From positions 384,001 through 448,000 of the forward strand of contig JBOEGF010000010.1 in the NCBI GenBank assembly GCA_050633305.1: DNA of 64,000 nt, in the 5' to 3' direction. Of the stretch, positions 23,151 through 31,772 are shown piece by piece. The notes below the pieces were generated by a model, which did not search any database, was not told the origin of the DNA, and saw only the letters and a list, made by a program, of their open reading frames with translations. How positions within the stretch are numbered: position 1 is the first letter of the stretch; each line of letters opens with the position of its first letter. Both the position numbers and the translations under genes were made by a program. The DNA is from Nannocystales bacterium. GTDB taxonomy: Bacteria; Myxococcota_A; Polyangia; Nannocystales; Nannocystaceae.

Positions 23151-24023
23151 ATGCGCTGGCTTGCACTCCTTTGCGTTCTCTTCGGCGCTGCTTGCGATGG
23201 GTCCTCTGTCGGCGAGTCCCCTGCAGGGGCGCCCGAGCACGGGGAGGCCATCGACCCTGATCAGGCGCCTCGTGTCTCGGTGGATCGCTTCGGGCCTCGG
23301 AGGGCGGAAGGTTCTGGCGAGCTGCCCGCACCAAACGAGCCGATCGACCTCGATGGCGAGTTCACGACGCGTGGGCTAGGCCCGGACGGTCAGGAGGTTG
23401 CGTACTACGATCTCGGCCCGGCCACGGGCGCGACGATGCCGGTGTTCCGACTCGTCGACATCGACGGCGCGCCGGTCGACGCCCAGCTCCCGATCATCAC
23501 TGTGGCGCCAGGCGACGTCTCGTACAGCGATTTCTGGCAGGTCACGGAGATCGAGGTGCCCGAGGGCTACGAGGCGAACACGATCACGAGCGCGTCCGAA
23601 GTCGCGGAGTCTGGCTATCCACAAACCCTCACCGCCGAGGTTCTGAATCGGCCGGTCGTGCCGGAGGGAAGCTCGGCGAGGTTTGCGACGGACCAGGGGC
23701 GGCTGCACCAAGCCTGGCTCGAGGACCAAGTTGCGCTGTCGTTCGATTTTTCCGAAGCCGAACCGAACGTTCGCGGGGCGCTCGTGGACTACGTCGCGAT
23801 CTATGTCTGCCTGACCGAGTCGGGAACGTTCTGTGCGGATTCCTCGGGGAGCACCCACAACGTGGTGGCTGCGGTCCCGACGGAGCCCGGCTACTCCCCG
23901 TTATGGAAGGTCAATGTCTACCCTGAGGCTGCGTTCGACGCGGTTGGAGATCTCGACTCCGCCCTCGCAGCCGATCCCCAGCCGCAGCCACTGCTCGTCA
24001 ACTGCCCGCTCATCGAGTGGTGA
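23151..24023 (+). CDS. Lipoprotein with two internal repeats of an uncharacterised domain
   Basis: MRWLALLCVLFGAA-C lipobox; repeated P..(x)YS(D/P)(F/L)W.V and N(R/C)P(V/L) motifs. Confidence 0.75.
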   Translation: MRWLALLCVLFGAACDGSSVGESPAGAPEHGEAIDPDQAPRVSVDRFGPRRAEGSGELPAPNEPIDLDGEFTTRGLGPDGQEVAYYDLGPATGATMPVFRLVDIDGAPVDAQLPIITVAPGDVSYSDFWQVTEIEVPEGYEANTITSASEVAESGYPQTLTAEVLNRPVVPEGSSARFATDQGRLHQAWLEDQVALSFDFSEAEPNVRGALVDYVAIYVCLTESGTFCADSSGSTHNVVAAVPTEPGYSPLWKVNVYPEAAFDAVGDLDSALAADPQPQPLLVNCPLIEW

Positions 24024-24049
24024 GCGGGGCAGCGACTGCGGCAGGCGCG

Positions 24050-24274
24050 CTAGGAACGAGAGGCCAGCAGTTTGGCGAGCTCCCCAGGCTGCGGGAACCG
24101 ACCGGTGTCGTGTTTGGAGAAGACGAGATCGCCTCCCACCACCACATCAAAAATGCCGCGACCACCCTCGATCAGACGAGCGGTGGTTCCCAGCGCGTCC
24201 TCAAGCTCGGCGACCAACCTGGTCGCCTGGGGCTTGTAGTTTCACATCACGCAGTATTCGATGGAAATGTCCAC
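24050..24274 (-). CDS. Rdx (SelW/SelT/SelH-like) family selenoprotein, 74 aa, in-frame TGA read as Sec
   Basis: GTG-DISIEYCVM-TGA-NYKPQATRLVAELEDALGTTARLIEGGRGIFDVVVGGDLVFSKHDTGRFPQPGELAKLLASRS-TAG: CxxU motif plus Rdx signature G.FDV...G.LVFSK...GRFP. Confidence 0.9.
24209..24227 (-). promoter_or_regulatory. Bacterial SECIS-like hairpin
   Basis: On the minus strand GGCGACCA-GGT-TGGTCGCC (perfect 8-bp stem, G-containing loop) begins 14 nt after the TGA at 24242-24244. Confidence 0.8.
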
Positions 24275-24373
24275 GCACGGTCCATGACACGGACACGGCG
24301 CTCCGCAACGAGTTCCCGGTTTGCGCCCATTGCGCTCTGTGGACCCCCTAGGGCGTCGTGGTCCGAGAAATCG

Positions 24374-24402
24374 TTGACAGCTCCAATGCCCAGCCCTATA
24401 AA
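24374..24402 (+). promoter_or_regulatory. Sigma70-type promoter for tRNA-Gln/prs
   Basis: TTGACA-N17-TATAAA followed by a GC-rich discriminator (GCCGCCC). Confidence 0.8.
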
Positions 24403-24443
24403 GCCGCCCTCGCGTCCGCCCGCTGGGCTGACAGAGCTCCTCT

Positions 24444-24520
24444 AGGGGCGTCGACAAGTGGCTTAAGTCGCCAGGTTTTGATCCTGGTATTCGCAGGTTC
24501 GAATCCTGCCGCCCCTGCCA
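24444..24520 (+). tRNA. tRNA-Gln (anticodon UUG)
   Basis: Cloverleaf: acceptor AGGGGCG/CGCCCCT, anticodon arm CCAGG-TTTTGAT-CCTGG, T-arm GCAGG-TTCGAAT-CCTGC, discriminator G, encoded CCA. Confidence 0.97.
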
Positions 24521-24523
24521 CCC

Positions 24524-24559
24524 AAACCCCCGCGCACCACTCGGTACGCGGGGGTTTTT
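24524..24559 (+). terminator. Intrinsic terminator after tRNA-Gln
   Basis: AAACCCCCGCG...CGCGGGGGTTTTT inverted repeat with T-run. Confidence 0.75.
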
Positions 24560-24742
24560 CGTGGTTGTCATTGTCTCGGGGTCGTTGTGTGGGCGGATTC
24601 CGGCGGGGGCGCGGTTCGGTCGCGCGTCGGGCAGCGCCCTGGGCGGCGCGATCCCCCAGCGACCGGACGTGAGCCACCCTTTGCCGTAGGGGCTCGATCT
24701 GTTGCGGACCGTCTGCGAGCATCCAGGCGTCGCGAGGCCCCG

Positions 24743-25690
24743 ATGAACAAGACCCTGAGCATCTTTGGCGGCAACTCCAACCCCCAGCTCACTCGCGACG
24801 TCGCCGAGTACGTCGGCACGCCCGAAGGCAAGAGCCGGGTGGAGCGGTTTTCGGACGGCGAGATTTTCGTCGAGATCGGGGAGAACGTTCGCAACGTGAA
24901 CTGCTTCATCGTGCAGTCCACGTGCACTCCGCCGAACCGCAACTTGATGGAGTTGCTCATCATGATCGACGCGCTCAAGCGGGCGTCGGCCGGCAGCATC
25001 GTCGCCGTGCTTCCGTACTTCGGCTACGCCCGGCAGGATCGCAAGGTCAAGCCGAGGACGCCGATCAGCAGCAAGCTCGTCGCGGACCTGCTGACCGCCG
25101 CGGGGGCGACACGCGTCGTCTCCGTGGATCTCCACGCCGGGCAGATCCAGGGCTTTTTCAACATCCCCTTCGATCACCTGTTCGGCAGCCCGGTGCTCAT
25201 CGACCGCCTCGAGCGGTTCGGCTACCGAGGTGAGGACACCGTCGTGGTCTCGCCCGATGCCGGGGGTGTCGAGCGGGCACGCATCTACTCCAAAGCGCTC
25301 GGTTGCGGGCTTGCGATCATCGACAAGCGGCGCGACAAGCCCAACGTCAGCCAGGTGCTCCACCTCATCGGCGACGTGAAGGGCAAGAAAGCGATCCTGG
25401 TCGACGACATGATCGACACCGCTGGAACGCTCTGCAACGCGGCGACGGCGGTGATGGATCACGGTGCCACCGAGGTCGTGGCGGCCGCGACCCACGGGGT
25501 GTTCTCGGGGCCTGCGATGGAGCGGATCAACAACAGCGCCCTGAGCAAGGTGTTGGTCTCCGACACGATTGCGCAGCACGATCGGGTCAGCATCTGCGAC
25601 AAGCTGGAGGTGCTGAGCATGGGTCGTTTGCTCGGTGAAGCGGTCAAACGCATCCACCACGGCGATTCGATCTCCTCTTTGTTCGCCTGA
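24743..25690 (+). CDS. prs: Ribose-phosphate pyrophosphokinase
   Basis: FSDGE, YFGYARQDRK, DLHAGQIQGFF, SPDAGG, VDDMIDTAGT. Confidence 0.98.
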   Translation: MNKTLSIFGGNSNPQLTRDVAEYVGTPEGKSRVERFSDGEIFVEIGENVRNVNCFIVQSTCTPPNRNLMELLIMIDALKRASAGSIVAVLPYFGYARQDRKVKPRTPISSKLVADLLTAAGATRVVSVDLHAGQIQGFFNIPFDHLFGSPVLIDRLERFGYRGEDTVVVSPDAGGVERARIYSKALGCGLAIIDKRRDKPNVSQVLHLIGDVKGKKAILVDDMIDTAGTLCNAATAVMDHGATEVVAAATHGVFSGPAMERINNSALSKVLVSDTIAQHDRVSICDKLEVLSMGRLLGEAVKRIHHGDSISSLFA

Positions 25691-25807
25691 CCTGCCGGCT
25701 GGCTCGAAGCGGCGCGACATCTCCGCCGCTTCTGCTGGGTCCAAGTGACCCGCCTCGTTGCTGTCGTCGGCGGTCCGTCCTATCGTCCGCGGCGTGGTGA
25801 TGGGTCT

Positions 25808-27547
25808 ATGAGGAGAGCTGCAATGATCGGGGTGCTCGTGCTCGCTGCACCGGCGTGTGGTGATGACGCTGGCGGTGGTGGGGACGAAGGCGGGGGGACG
25901 ACCGGATCGCCGTCCGAGTCCGAGGCTTCGACCGGGGGATCCGGGACGGAGGATCCCAGCACCTCATCCGCATCGGGTTCGGAGACCGGGGCTGATACGG
26001 AAGGGGACACCGAGGGTGCCGCCTTCGACCCCGAGGCGTATGTGCTCGACGACGTCTTTGGCACCCCCAACCTCGACGATGACGACGGCAACGACCGCAC
26101 CGATTGGCTCGAGACCGTCTTCGAAGCTGACGACGATGTCTCCGCACTCGAGGTCCCGGGCGCACCCGAGGGCTATACCGTCGAGCTGATCGCAGGTGGC
26201 GAACTCGACGACTTCCGCCTGTGGGACGGCGATGCCTTTGCGATCGGAGTGGCCGATGAGGTCACCGCGCAGACCTACTCGCTCGAGCCTGGCCCAGACG
26301 GTGCCACGCTCGACGTCGAGTTTGGGGCTTTCAACACACAGGGCTCTCTCGAGGTTCGCTTGCTCGATCCCGACGGCACCGAGGTCTCGAACCAGGAGAT
26401 CCGAGTGATGGGTTCTCCGCTGATCATGAACCACCATCTGCAGCCCTCCGAAGGGGTTTGGGTGATGGATGTCGATGCCAACTTCGGAAGCAACGCCGCG
26501 ATGGTGGATGTCTTCGCGACCGTCCTCGGTGACCAGTTTGACCCCGTCGACGACGCGACGTACGGCTTCGATGTTTGGGTCCAAGATGAGATCGAGTTCG
26601 CGACCGCCACGGGCCAGGGGGGACAGCGGCTCGACATCGTGATCGACTCGGTTCGCGACCGAGGCCTGGACGATTTCCCCGAGGACGAGTTCGTGGGACC
26701 CAGCTTCATCGCGGCCCGATGGGGAGACCCCGCCCTCGCCACCACGTGGGACTCGTTCGGCAACCTCGAAGCCTCTCCTCCGGTCACGGTTGATGGTGTC
26801 GAGTATCCCTTCGGCAAGATCTACTACGGTCGCGAAGCGGGCAACGGCCTGCAGTCGCAACTCGGTGACTTCCTCGCCTCCCAGACCGTGCAGGCACCGT
26901 TCGAGGTCGACACTCTGTGGCTGTGCGTGGGCCATGTGGACGAGTTCTCCTCGTTCGTGCCCGACCCAAGCTCGGACAAGGGGTTCAAGTTCCTGATCTC
27001 CGATGTGGACGCAGCGTGGGACGTCATCGACGCGTTGCCTCCCTCGACGCCGCTGGGACGCTTTGGCCCGGACCACGGATTTGCGACCGCAGGCGAGCTT
27101 CAAAACGACGCCGGCTTGCGGGCGCTCAACGACGAGCTGCAGGCGGACGAACTCGATCCCATTCGCGAGCAGTTCATCGCCGAGCTCGGATTGGACGAGA
27201 GCGACATCATCTACGTCCCCAGCTTGTTCGAGGAGATTCCCGGGTGCGGTGTCGCGGCACTGATCCCCGGCATGGTCAACCTGATCGTCTCCAACCCCGA
27301 AGACGGTCCGATCGACCTCTTCCTGGCCGACCCATTCTTCCGACAGGACGAGGGCGACCAATCCTCAGACCCGATGATCGAAGCGTTCTCCGCCGCGCTT
27401 CCAGACGGCATGGTTCCGCACTACGTGGACAACTGGGACGTCTATCACCTCGCGTTGGGCGAGGTGCACTGCGGAACCAACGTGCTGCGGGCCCCGACCG
27501 AAGACTGGTGGACCACCGCGCTTCCCCTGCTGGAGAACGACCGATGA
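25808..27547 (+). CDS. Protein-arginine deiminase (animal PAD-type catalytic domain), predicted lipoprotein
   Basis: Lipobox AAPA-C and Gly/Ser/Thr linker; PAD motifs WVQDEIEF, DSFGNLEASPP, WLCVGHVDEF, PGMVN, GEVHCGTNV. Confidence 0.9.
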   Translation: MRRAAMIGVLVLAAPACGDDAGGGGDEGGGTTGSPSESEASTGGSGTEDPSTSSASGSETGADTEGDTEGAAFDPEAYVLDDVFGTPNLDDDDGNDRTDWLETVFEADDDVSALEVPGAPEGYTVELIAGGELDDFRLWDGDAFAIGVADEVTAQTYSLEPGPDGATLDVEFGAFNTQGSLEVRLLDPDGTEVSNQEIRVMGSPLIMNHHLQPSEGVWVMDVDANFGSNAAMVDVFATVLGDQFDPVDDATYGFDVWVQDEIEFATATGQGGQRLDIVIDSVRDRGLDDFPEDEFVGPSFIAARWGDPALATTWDSFGNLEASPPVTVDGVEYPFGKIYYGREAGNGLQSQLGDFLASQTVQAPFEVDTLWLCVGHVDEFSSFVPDPSSDKGFKFLISDVDAAWDVIDALPPSTPLGRFGPDHGFATAGELQNDAGLRALNDELQADELDPIREQFIAELGLDESDIIYVPSLFEEIPGCGVAALIPGMVNLIVSNPEDGPIDLFLADPFFRQDEGDQSSDPMIEAFSAALPDGMVPHYVDNWDVYHLALGEVHCGTNVLRAPTEDWWTTALPLLENDR

Positions 27548-28401
27548 AGTCTCGACACATCCTTGCCTTCGGAACCGCTCTCCTCCTGACGTCGGCCTGT
27601 GACAACGGTTCGACGGACGAGCCCAACGCGGAGCGACAGGCTCAAGTCGCCGCTCCGGCCGACCAGGCTCCGGCGACGAATGCGTTCGTTCTGGGTGCCG
27701 ATTGGCGCGTCTCGGTTGACGACGCTGTCGCTCGGTTGCGGACGGACGATGCTCAACTCGCGGAAGCCCTGTTTGCGATGCAGCCCCGCAGCACGCGGGC
27801 TGGGACCGCTCGGTTCACGGGCCCCCTGGTGCGCAACCCGATCGCTGCGGCGGTCTTCCTCGATCGGCTGACCGCCGGGGATGACGTGCCCTCCGAGGTT
27901 CGTGCCGCGCTCGTCGAGGCCTTGCCACGCACGACCGGCCCGTTCGGTCCTGCGGTCGCGGCTCTCCTCGCCGACGAGGGGGACGCCCAGGTCCGGGTTG
28001 CGATGGTCGCATCACTTCGTACGGCCGAGGCTTCGTCTGCCCTGGCCGGGCTCGAGTTGGGCCTGGCGGACACAGATGCCTTGGTCCGGATCACCGCGGC
28101 TCGAACCGCGGCACGTCGCACCGACGGCGTGGAACTCGAGGACGCGCTGCTTGCCGCCGCTGCTGATGCGGAGCTGGAGGTCAAGGAGGAAGCGATGCGC
28201 TCGCTGGGCGTGCTGCGGATTGAGGCCGCGAAGCCCTTGATCGCAGCGGAGCTGACCGCAGCCGACGCGGACATGCGGCTGGTCGCCGTCCGAGCGCTGA
28301 CCCGCATCGATCCTTCCGACGCCGCAAGTCGCGTCGGCCCCCTCACCACGGACGCCGATCCTCGGGTCGCGAAAGCGGCCCGCAAAGCGCTCGGGAACTG
28401 A
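27544..28401 (+). CDS. HEAT-repeat lipoprotein
   Basis: ATGA overlap with the PAD stop; lipobox LTSA-C; repeated L.D.D..VR..A...L helical units. Confidence 0.82.
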   Translation: MKSRHILAFGTALLLTSACDNGSTDEPNAERQAQVAAPADQAPATNAFVLGADWRVSVDDAVARLRTDDAQLAEALFAMQPRSTRAGTARFTGPLVRNPIAAAVFLDRLTAGDDVPSEVRAALVEALPRTTGPFGPAVAALLADEGDAQVRVAMVASLRTAEASSALAGLELGLADTDALVRITAARTAARRTDGVELEDALLAAAADAELEVKEEAMRSLGVLRIEAAKPLIAAELTAADADMRLVAVRALTRIDPSDAASRVGPLTTDADPRVAKAARKALGN

Positions 28402-28441
28402 GACTACGGGCTGCTAGCGCCTCGTCGGGGCGGCCGTAGTC
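28402..28441 (+). terminator. Hairpin directly after the HEAT gene (possible terminator)
   Basis: GACTACGG...CCGTAGTC inverted repeat; no clear U-tract. Confidence 0.35.
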
Positions 28442-28840
28442 GCCCGCGTTTCACGACGCAGAAGTCTTCGAGTCCAAAGAGCTCGCCGCCGAGCGTGCGG
28501 CGAGCCGAGGGAGCGCCGCAGCGCGTCGGCGGCAGAGTTCCGCGCGCGCACGGCCCAGATGGCGGAGAGCGTGCGGTAGAGGGCAGCGTGCGGCCATACG
28601 ACGCCGATCAGCGCCGGGGAATCCTCGCGAAGCGCGTTCGGAGTCCACCCCTTGCGGGCGCCCAAGATTTGCCTCCGCCATGACCGAGGGCCGGGGCGTT
28701 CCGTCCCGCGAGGGTGGGTCGAGTTGGAGCTCGAACGGCGCGCCGTCACGGCCCACGGTGATGGCGTCGTCCGCCATTCGACGCGCCCATTCGACAATAT
28801 TCTTCATTGATTTCAGTAGTGTTTGTCTTCTCCGAAAACG

Positions 28841-28856
28841 GAATGATATGTCATTC
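28841..28856. promoter_or_regulatory. Palindromic candidate TetR operator
   Basis: GAATGA-TATG-TCATTC inverted repeat in an AT-rich patch at the start of the BVMO-TetR operon. Confidence 0.6.
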
Positions 28857-28859
28857 TTC

Positions 28860-30368
28860 ATGGTGGAGACGCACGACGTGGTGATCATCGGCGCCGGGTT
28901 CTCCGGTCTCGGAGTCGCGATGGCTCTACGGGATGCCGGGGTCGATGACTTCGTCCTCCTCGAGAAGGCGCAGCAGTGCGGAGGCACGTGGCGCGACAAC
29001 ACGTACCCAGGTTGCGCATGCGATGTGCCCTCGCACCTGTATTCGTTCTCGAAGATCCCATGGACGTGGTCCCGCGTCTTCGCGGGCCAACCCGAGATTC
29101 AGCAGTACCTCCTGCACGTGGTCGAGCGAGAGAACCTGCGGCCGCGGGTTCGTTTCGGGCACGAGGTCGAGCGGGCCAGCTGGGAGCCGTTCGCCCGACG
29201 CTGGGTGGTTCAGACCAGCCGGGGCACGTTGCACGCCCGCGTTCTCGTCTCCGCGACGGGCCCGTTGCACGAGCCCAAAACCCCGGCGATTCCCGGTCTC
29301 GATCAGTTCGAGGGCACGGTCTTCCACTCCGCTCGTTGGGATCACGACCACGACCTGACCGGGAAACGCGTTGCGGTCGTCGGCACCGGATCTTCGGCGA
29401 TCCAGTTCGTGCCCAAGATCCAACCGCGAGCTGACCACCTGGTTCTCTTCCAGCGCACGGCTCCATGGGTCCTCCCCAAGCCCGACCACCGCTACCACGC
29501 GCTGCAGCGATGGATGTTCGAGCACGTGCCGGGCTTCCGCTGGGCCTACCGCGGCGCGCTCTACATGGCCCTCGAAGGCGTCCAGCAGCTGCAACAGCGC
29601 GCCCGCTGGATGGACCGACTTGGCCCGGTCGCCCTCAAGCACCTGCACCGCCAGGTGCCCGATCTGGCGCTGCGCGAGATGTTGACCCCGCGCTTCACCT
29701 TGGGGTGCAAGCGGCTCCTTCTGTCGAACACGTACTATCCCGCCCTGCAGCAGCCCAATGTGTCGGTCGTCGGACATGGCCTCGAAGAGGTGTCCGCCCA
29801 CGCCGTCCTCGCAGGCGATGGCACTTGGCACGAGGTGGACGCGATCGTGCTCGGCACCGGCTTCCGCGTGACCGACCCGCCGATCGCCGAGCGGATCTAT
29901 TCCGGAGACGGCAAGCAGCTATCGGCGCAATGGTCGGGGTCGCCGCGGGCGTATCTGGGCACCAGCGTGGACGGGTTCCCCAACCTGTTCTTCATGATCG
30001 GCCCCAACCTGGGCAACGGGCACTCCTCCGCCTTCGTCCTGATCGAACTCCAGGCCAACTACATCGCCTCCGCACTCCGCTGGATGCGAGAGACGGACAA
30101 CACCGCCGTCGTGGTCGAGTCCAAGATCGAGCGCGAGTACAACACCGCGGTCCAGTCGGCGCTTCAACCCACGGTCTGGAACGCCGGGGGCTGCAGCAGC
30201 TACTACCTCGACGTTCGCGGCACCAACAGCTCGATCTACCCCTGGTCCACGCTGGACTTGCGTCGTCGCATGCGGAAGTTCGATCCCGCCGACTACACGG
30301 TGGTGACCGCTGCCGAGCATGGTACGACTCGGACGGACGAGTCCCGTGGTCACCAGCGACGAGCGTAA
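28860..30368 (+). CDS. Baeyer-Villiger-type flavin monooxygenase
   Basis: GAGFSG, GGTW.DN.YPG.ACD, fingerprint FEGTVFHSARW, GTGSSA; alternative ATG at 28848. Confidence 0.93.
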   Translation: MVETHDVVIIGAGFSGLGVAMALRDAGVDDFVLLEKAQQCGGTWRDNTYPGCACDVPSHLYSFSKIPWTWSRVFAGQPEIQQYLLHVVERENLRPRVRFGHEVERASWEPFARRWVVQTSRGTLHARVLVSATGPLHEPKTPAIPGLDQFEGTVFHSARWDHDHDLTGKRVAVVGTGSSAIQFVPKIQPRADHLVLFQRTAPWVLPKPDHRYHALQRWMFEHVPGFRWAYRGALYMALEGVQQLQQRARWMDRLGPVALKHLHRQVPDLALREMLTPRFTLGCKRLLLSNTYYPALQQPNVSVVGHGLEEVSAHAVLAGDGTWHEVDAIVLGTGFRVTDPPIAERIYSGDGKQLSAQWSGSPRAYLGTSVDGFPNLFFMIGPNLGNGHSSAFVLIELQANYIASALRWMRETDNTAVVVESKIEREYNTAVQSALQPTVWNAGGCSSYYLDVRGTNSSIYPWSTLDLRRRMRKFDPADYTVVTAAEHGTTRTDESRGHQRRA

Positions 30369-30945
30369 GCGACGACGGCGGAGCGAGATCCTCGACGCCG
30401 CCCATCAGGTCCTCCTCGAGAAGGGCTATCACGCCACGGGGATCGCCGACATCGCGGCGGCGCTCAGCATCGGCCATGGCACCGTCTACCGCTACTTCTC
30501 CAACAAACACGACATCGCCGTTGCGGTGCTCGATCGTGTCATCGAGCGGCTGGCCTCGGCAGGCCTGAGCGAAGACCCCACCGAGAGCACCACGGTCGCG
30601 GAGTACCGGGCGCAGGTCCAGCGCATCCTGCAACGCCTCATCGAAGTCTGCTTCGAGGAACCAAACCTCCTCCGATTTTTCGAGGAGCAGGGCCTTGTCA
30701 TCGCCCCGGGCCGGCTCTGGGAGTTCAAGGCCCAGTTTGCCCTCTTCACCACGATGTTCCTGGACAACGGCATCAGCCGCGGTTTCCTCCGGGCCGACAT
30801 GGACATCCAGCCCACCGCCGAAGCCCTCGTCGCCCTGATCTTCGAGGGCGTCACCCGGTCCCTGGCAGCGGGCGACCGCGACATCGCGACTCGCTGGATG
30901 AACGCCGGGATTGCACTCATGTTCGACGGACTGGTGTCTCGGTAG
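30319..30945 (+). CDS. TetR/AcrR family transcriptional regulator
   Basis: ILDAA..V..EKGY..T.IADIA..L.IG.GTVYRYF.NK HTH; alternative GTG start at 30346. Confidence 0.93.
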   Translation: MVRLGRTSPVVTSDERKRRRRSEILDAAHQVLLEKGYHATGIADIAAALSIGHGTVYRYFSNKHDIAVAVLDRVIERLASAGLSEDPTESTTVAEYRAQVQRILQRLIEVCFEEPNLLRFFEEQGLVIAPGRLWEFKAQFALFTTMFLDNGISRGFLRADMDIQPTAEALVALIFEGVTRSLAAGDRDIATRWMNAGIALMFDGLVSR

Positions 30946-31181
30946 GGCGCGGTCTCGGATTGTGGCGTCGAGGAGACCCTAGCTCGCAGCTCAGCCAAGA
31001 CCCGCATGACGAGAAAACCCTCTGAGTCTGCTCTGCGCGCGGGATGGAACGCGGGGGAGACGAGACTCACGACGACCCGGGGGGCAGCCTACCTCAGGCG
31101 GTTGCGGTCAAATGCAGCCGAGAGACGAAAAAGTGGGGACCATCCCGGAATCGGGGGGGGCTGGCGCGACACTCATCCCGA

Positions 31182-31772
31182 ATGACGTCGCGAAGCCAGA
31201 CCGCCGAGGCGGGACGGACCGAAGCTCCGATGCAGCGCTCCTGGCCCGAAGACTGGGCTGTGGCCCAGCGATGCGCGGCCGGAGACGCGGCCGCGGTCGA
31301 GGAACTCTACCGGGCGCACGCGACCTCAGTCCGGTCGATGGCGCGACTCCACGCGAGCCAGCCGGCGGTCATCGATGATTTGGTGCACGACACGTTCGTG
31401 CGGGCGATCGAGCTTCTTCCGCGCTATCGAGGGGATTCGCCGTTGGGGGTCTGGCTCCGAGGCATTGCATTTAACCTAGCGCGAACCGAACGACGTCGGT
31501 CACTGCGCCGTTTCGGACTGCTGCGCAGGCATGGCCTTCCGCCATCACACGCTCCCGCCGCACCGGACGAGCGCAGTCCTTTGGAAACGGTGACGCGATT
31601 GGTGGCGCGCTTGTCGGAGGCGGACCGCGAGGCGTTCTGTCTTCGGAGCCTCCAGCAGCTCTCGTTGGACGAGGCCTCCGCACTGTTGGGAGTGTCTGGG
31701 TCGACGGTTAGTGATCGTGACCGCCGAGCGAAACAGAAGCTTCGCGCCTGGCTGGAAGAGGAGGAAGAATGA
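31182..31772 (+). CDS. ECF-type RNA polymerase sigma factor
   Basis: GD..A..ELY..H, DDLVHDTFVRA, WL.GIA.N, region 4 LS..DREAF.LR....LS..EA..LLG; start at 31182 or 31230. Confidence 0.88.
   Translation: MTSRSQTAEAGRTEAPMQRSWPEDWAVAQRCAAGDAAAVEELYRAHATSVRSMARLHASQPAVIDDLVHDTFVRAIELLPRYRGDSPLGVWLRGIAFNLARTERRRSLRRFGLLRRHGLPPSHAPAAPDERSPLETVTRLVARLSEADREAFCLRSLQQLSLDEASALLGVSGSTVSDRDRRAKQKLRAWLEEEEE

Noticed and set aside
24500..24560. Genomic island integrated at tRNA-Gln
   Set aside because: No integrase, no duplicated tRNA 3' end noticed, and prs follows in its usual position
24242..25744. 500-aa minus-strand ORF in the track
   Set aside because: Antisense to prs and the tRNA; only its last 10 codons are real, as the N-terminus of the selenoprotein
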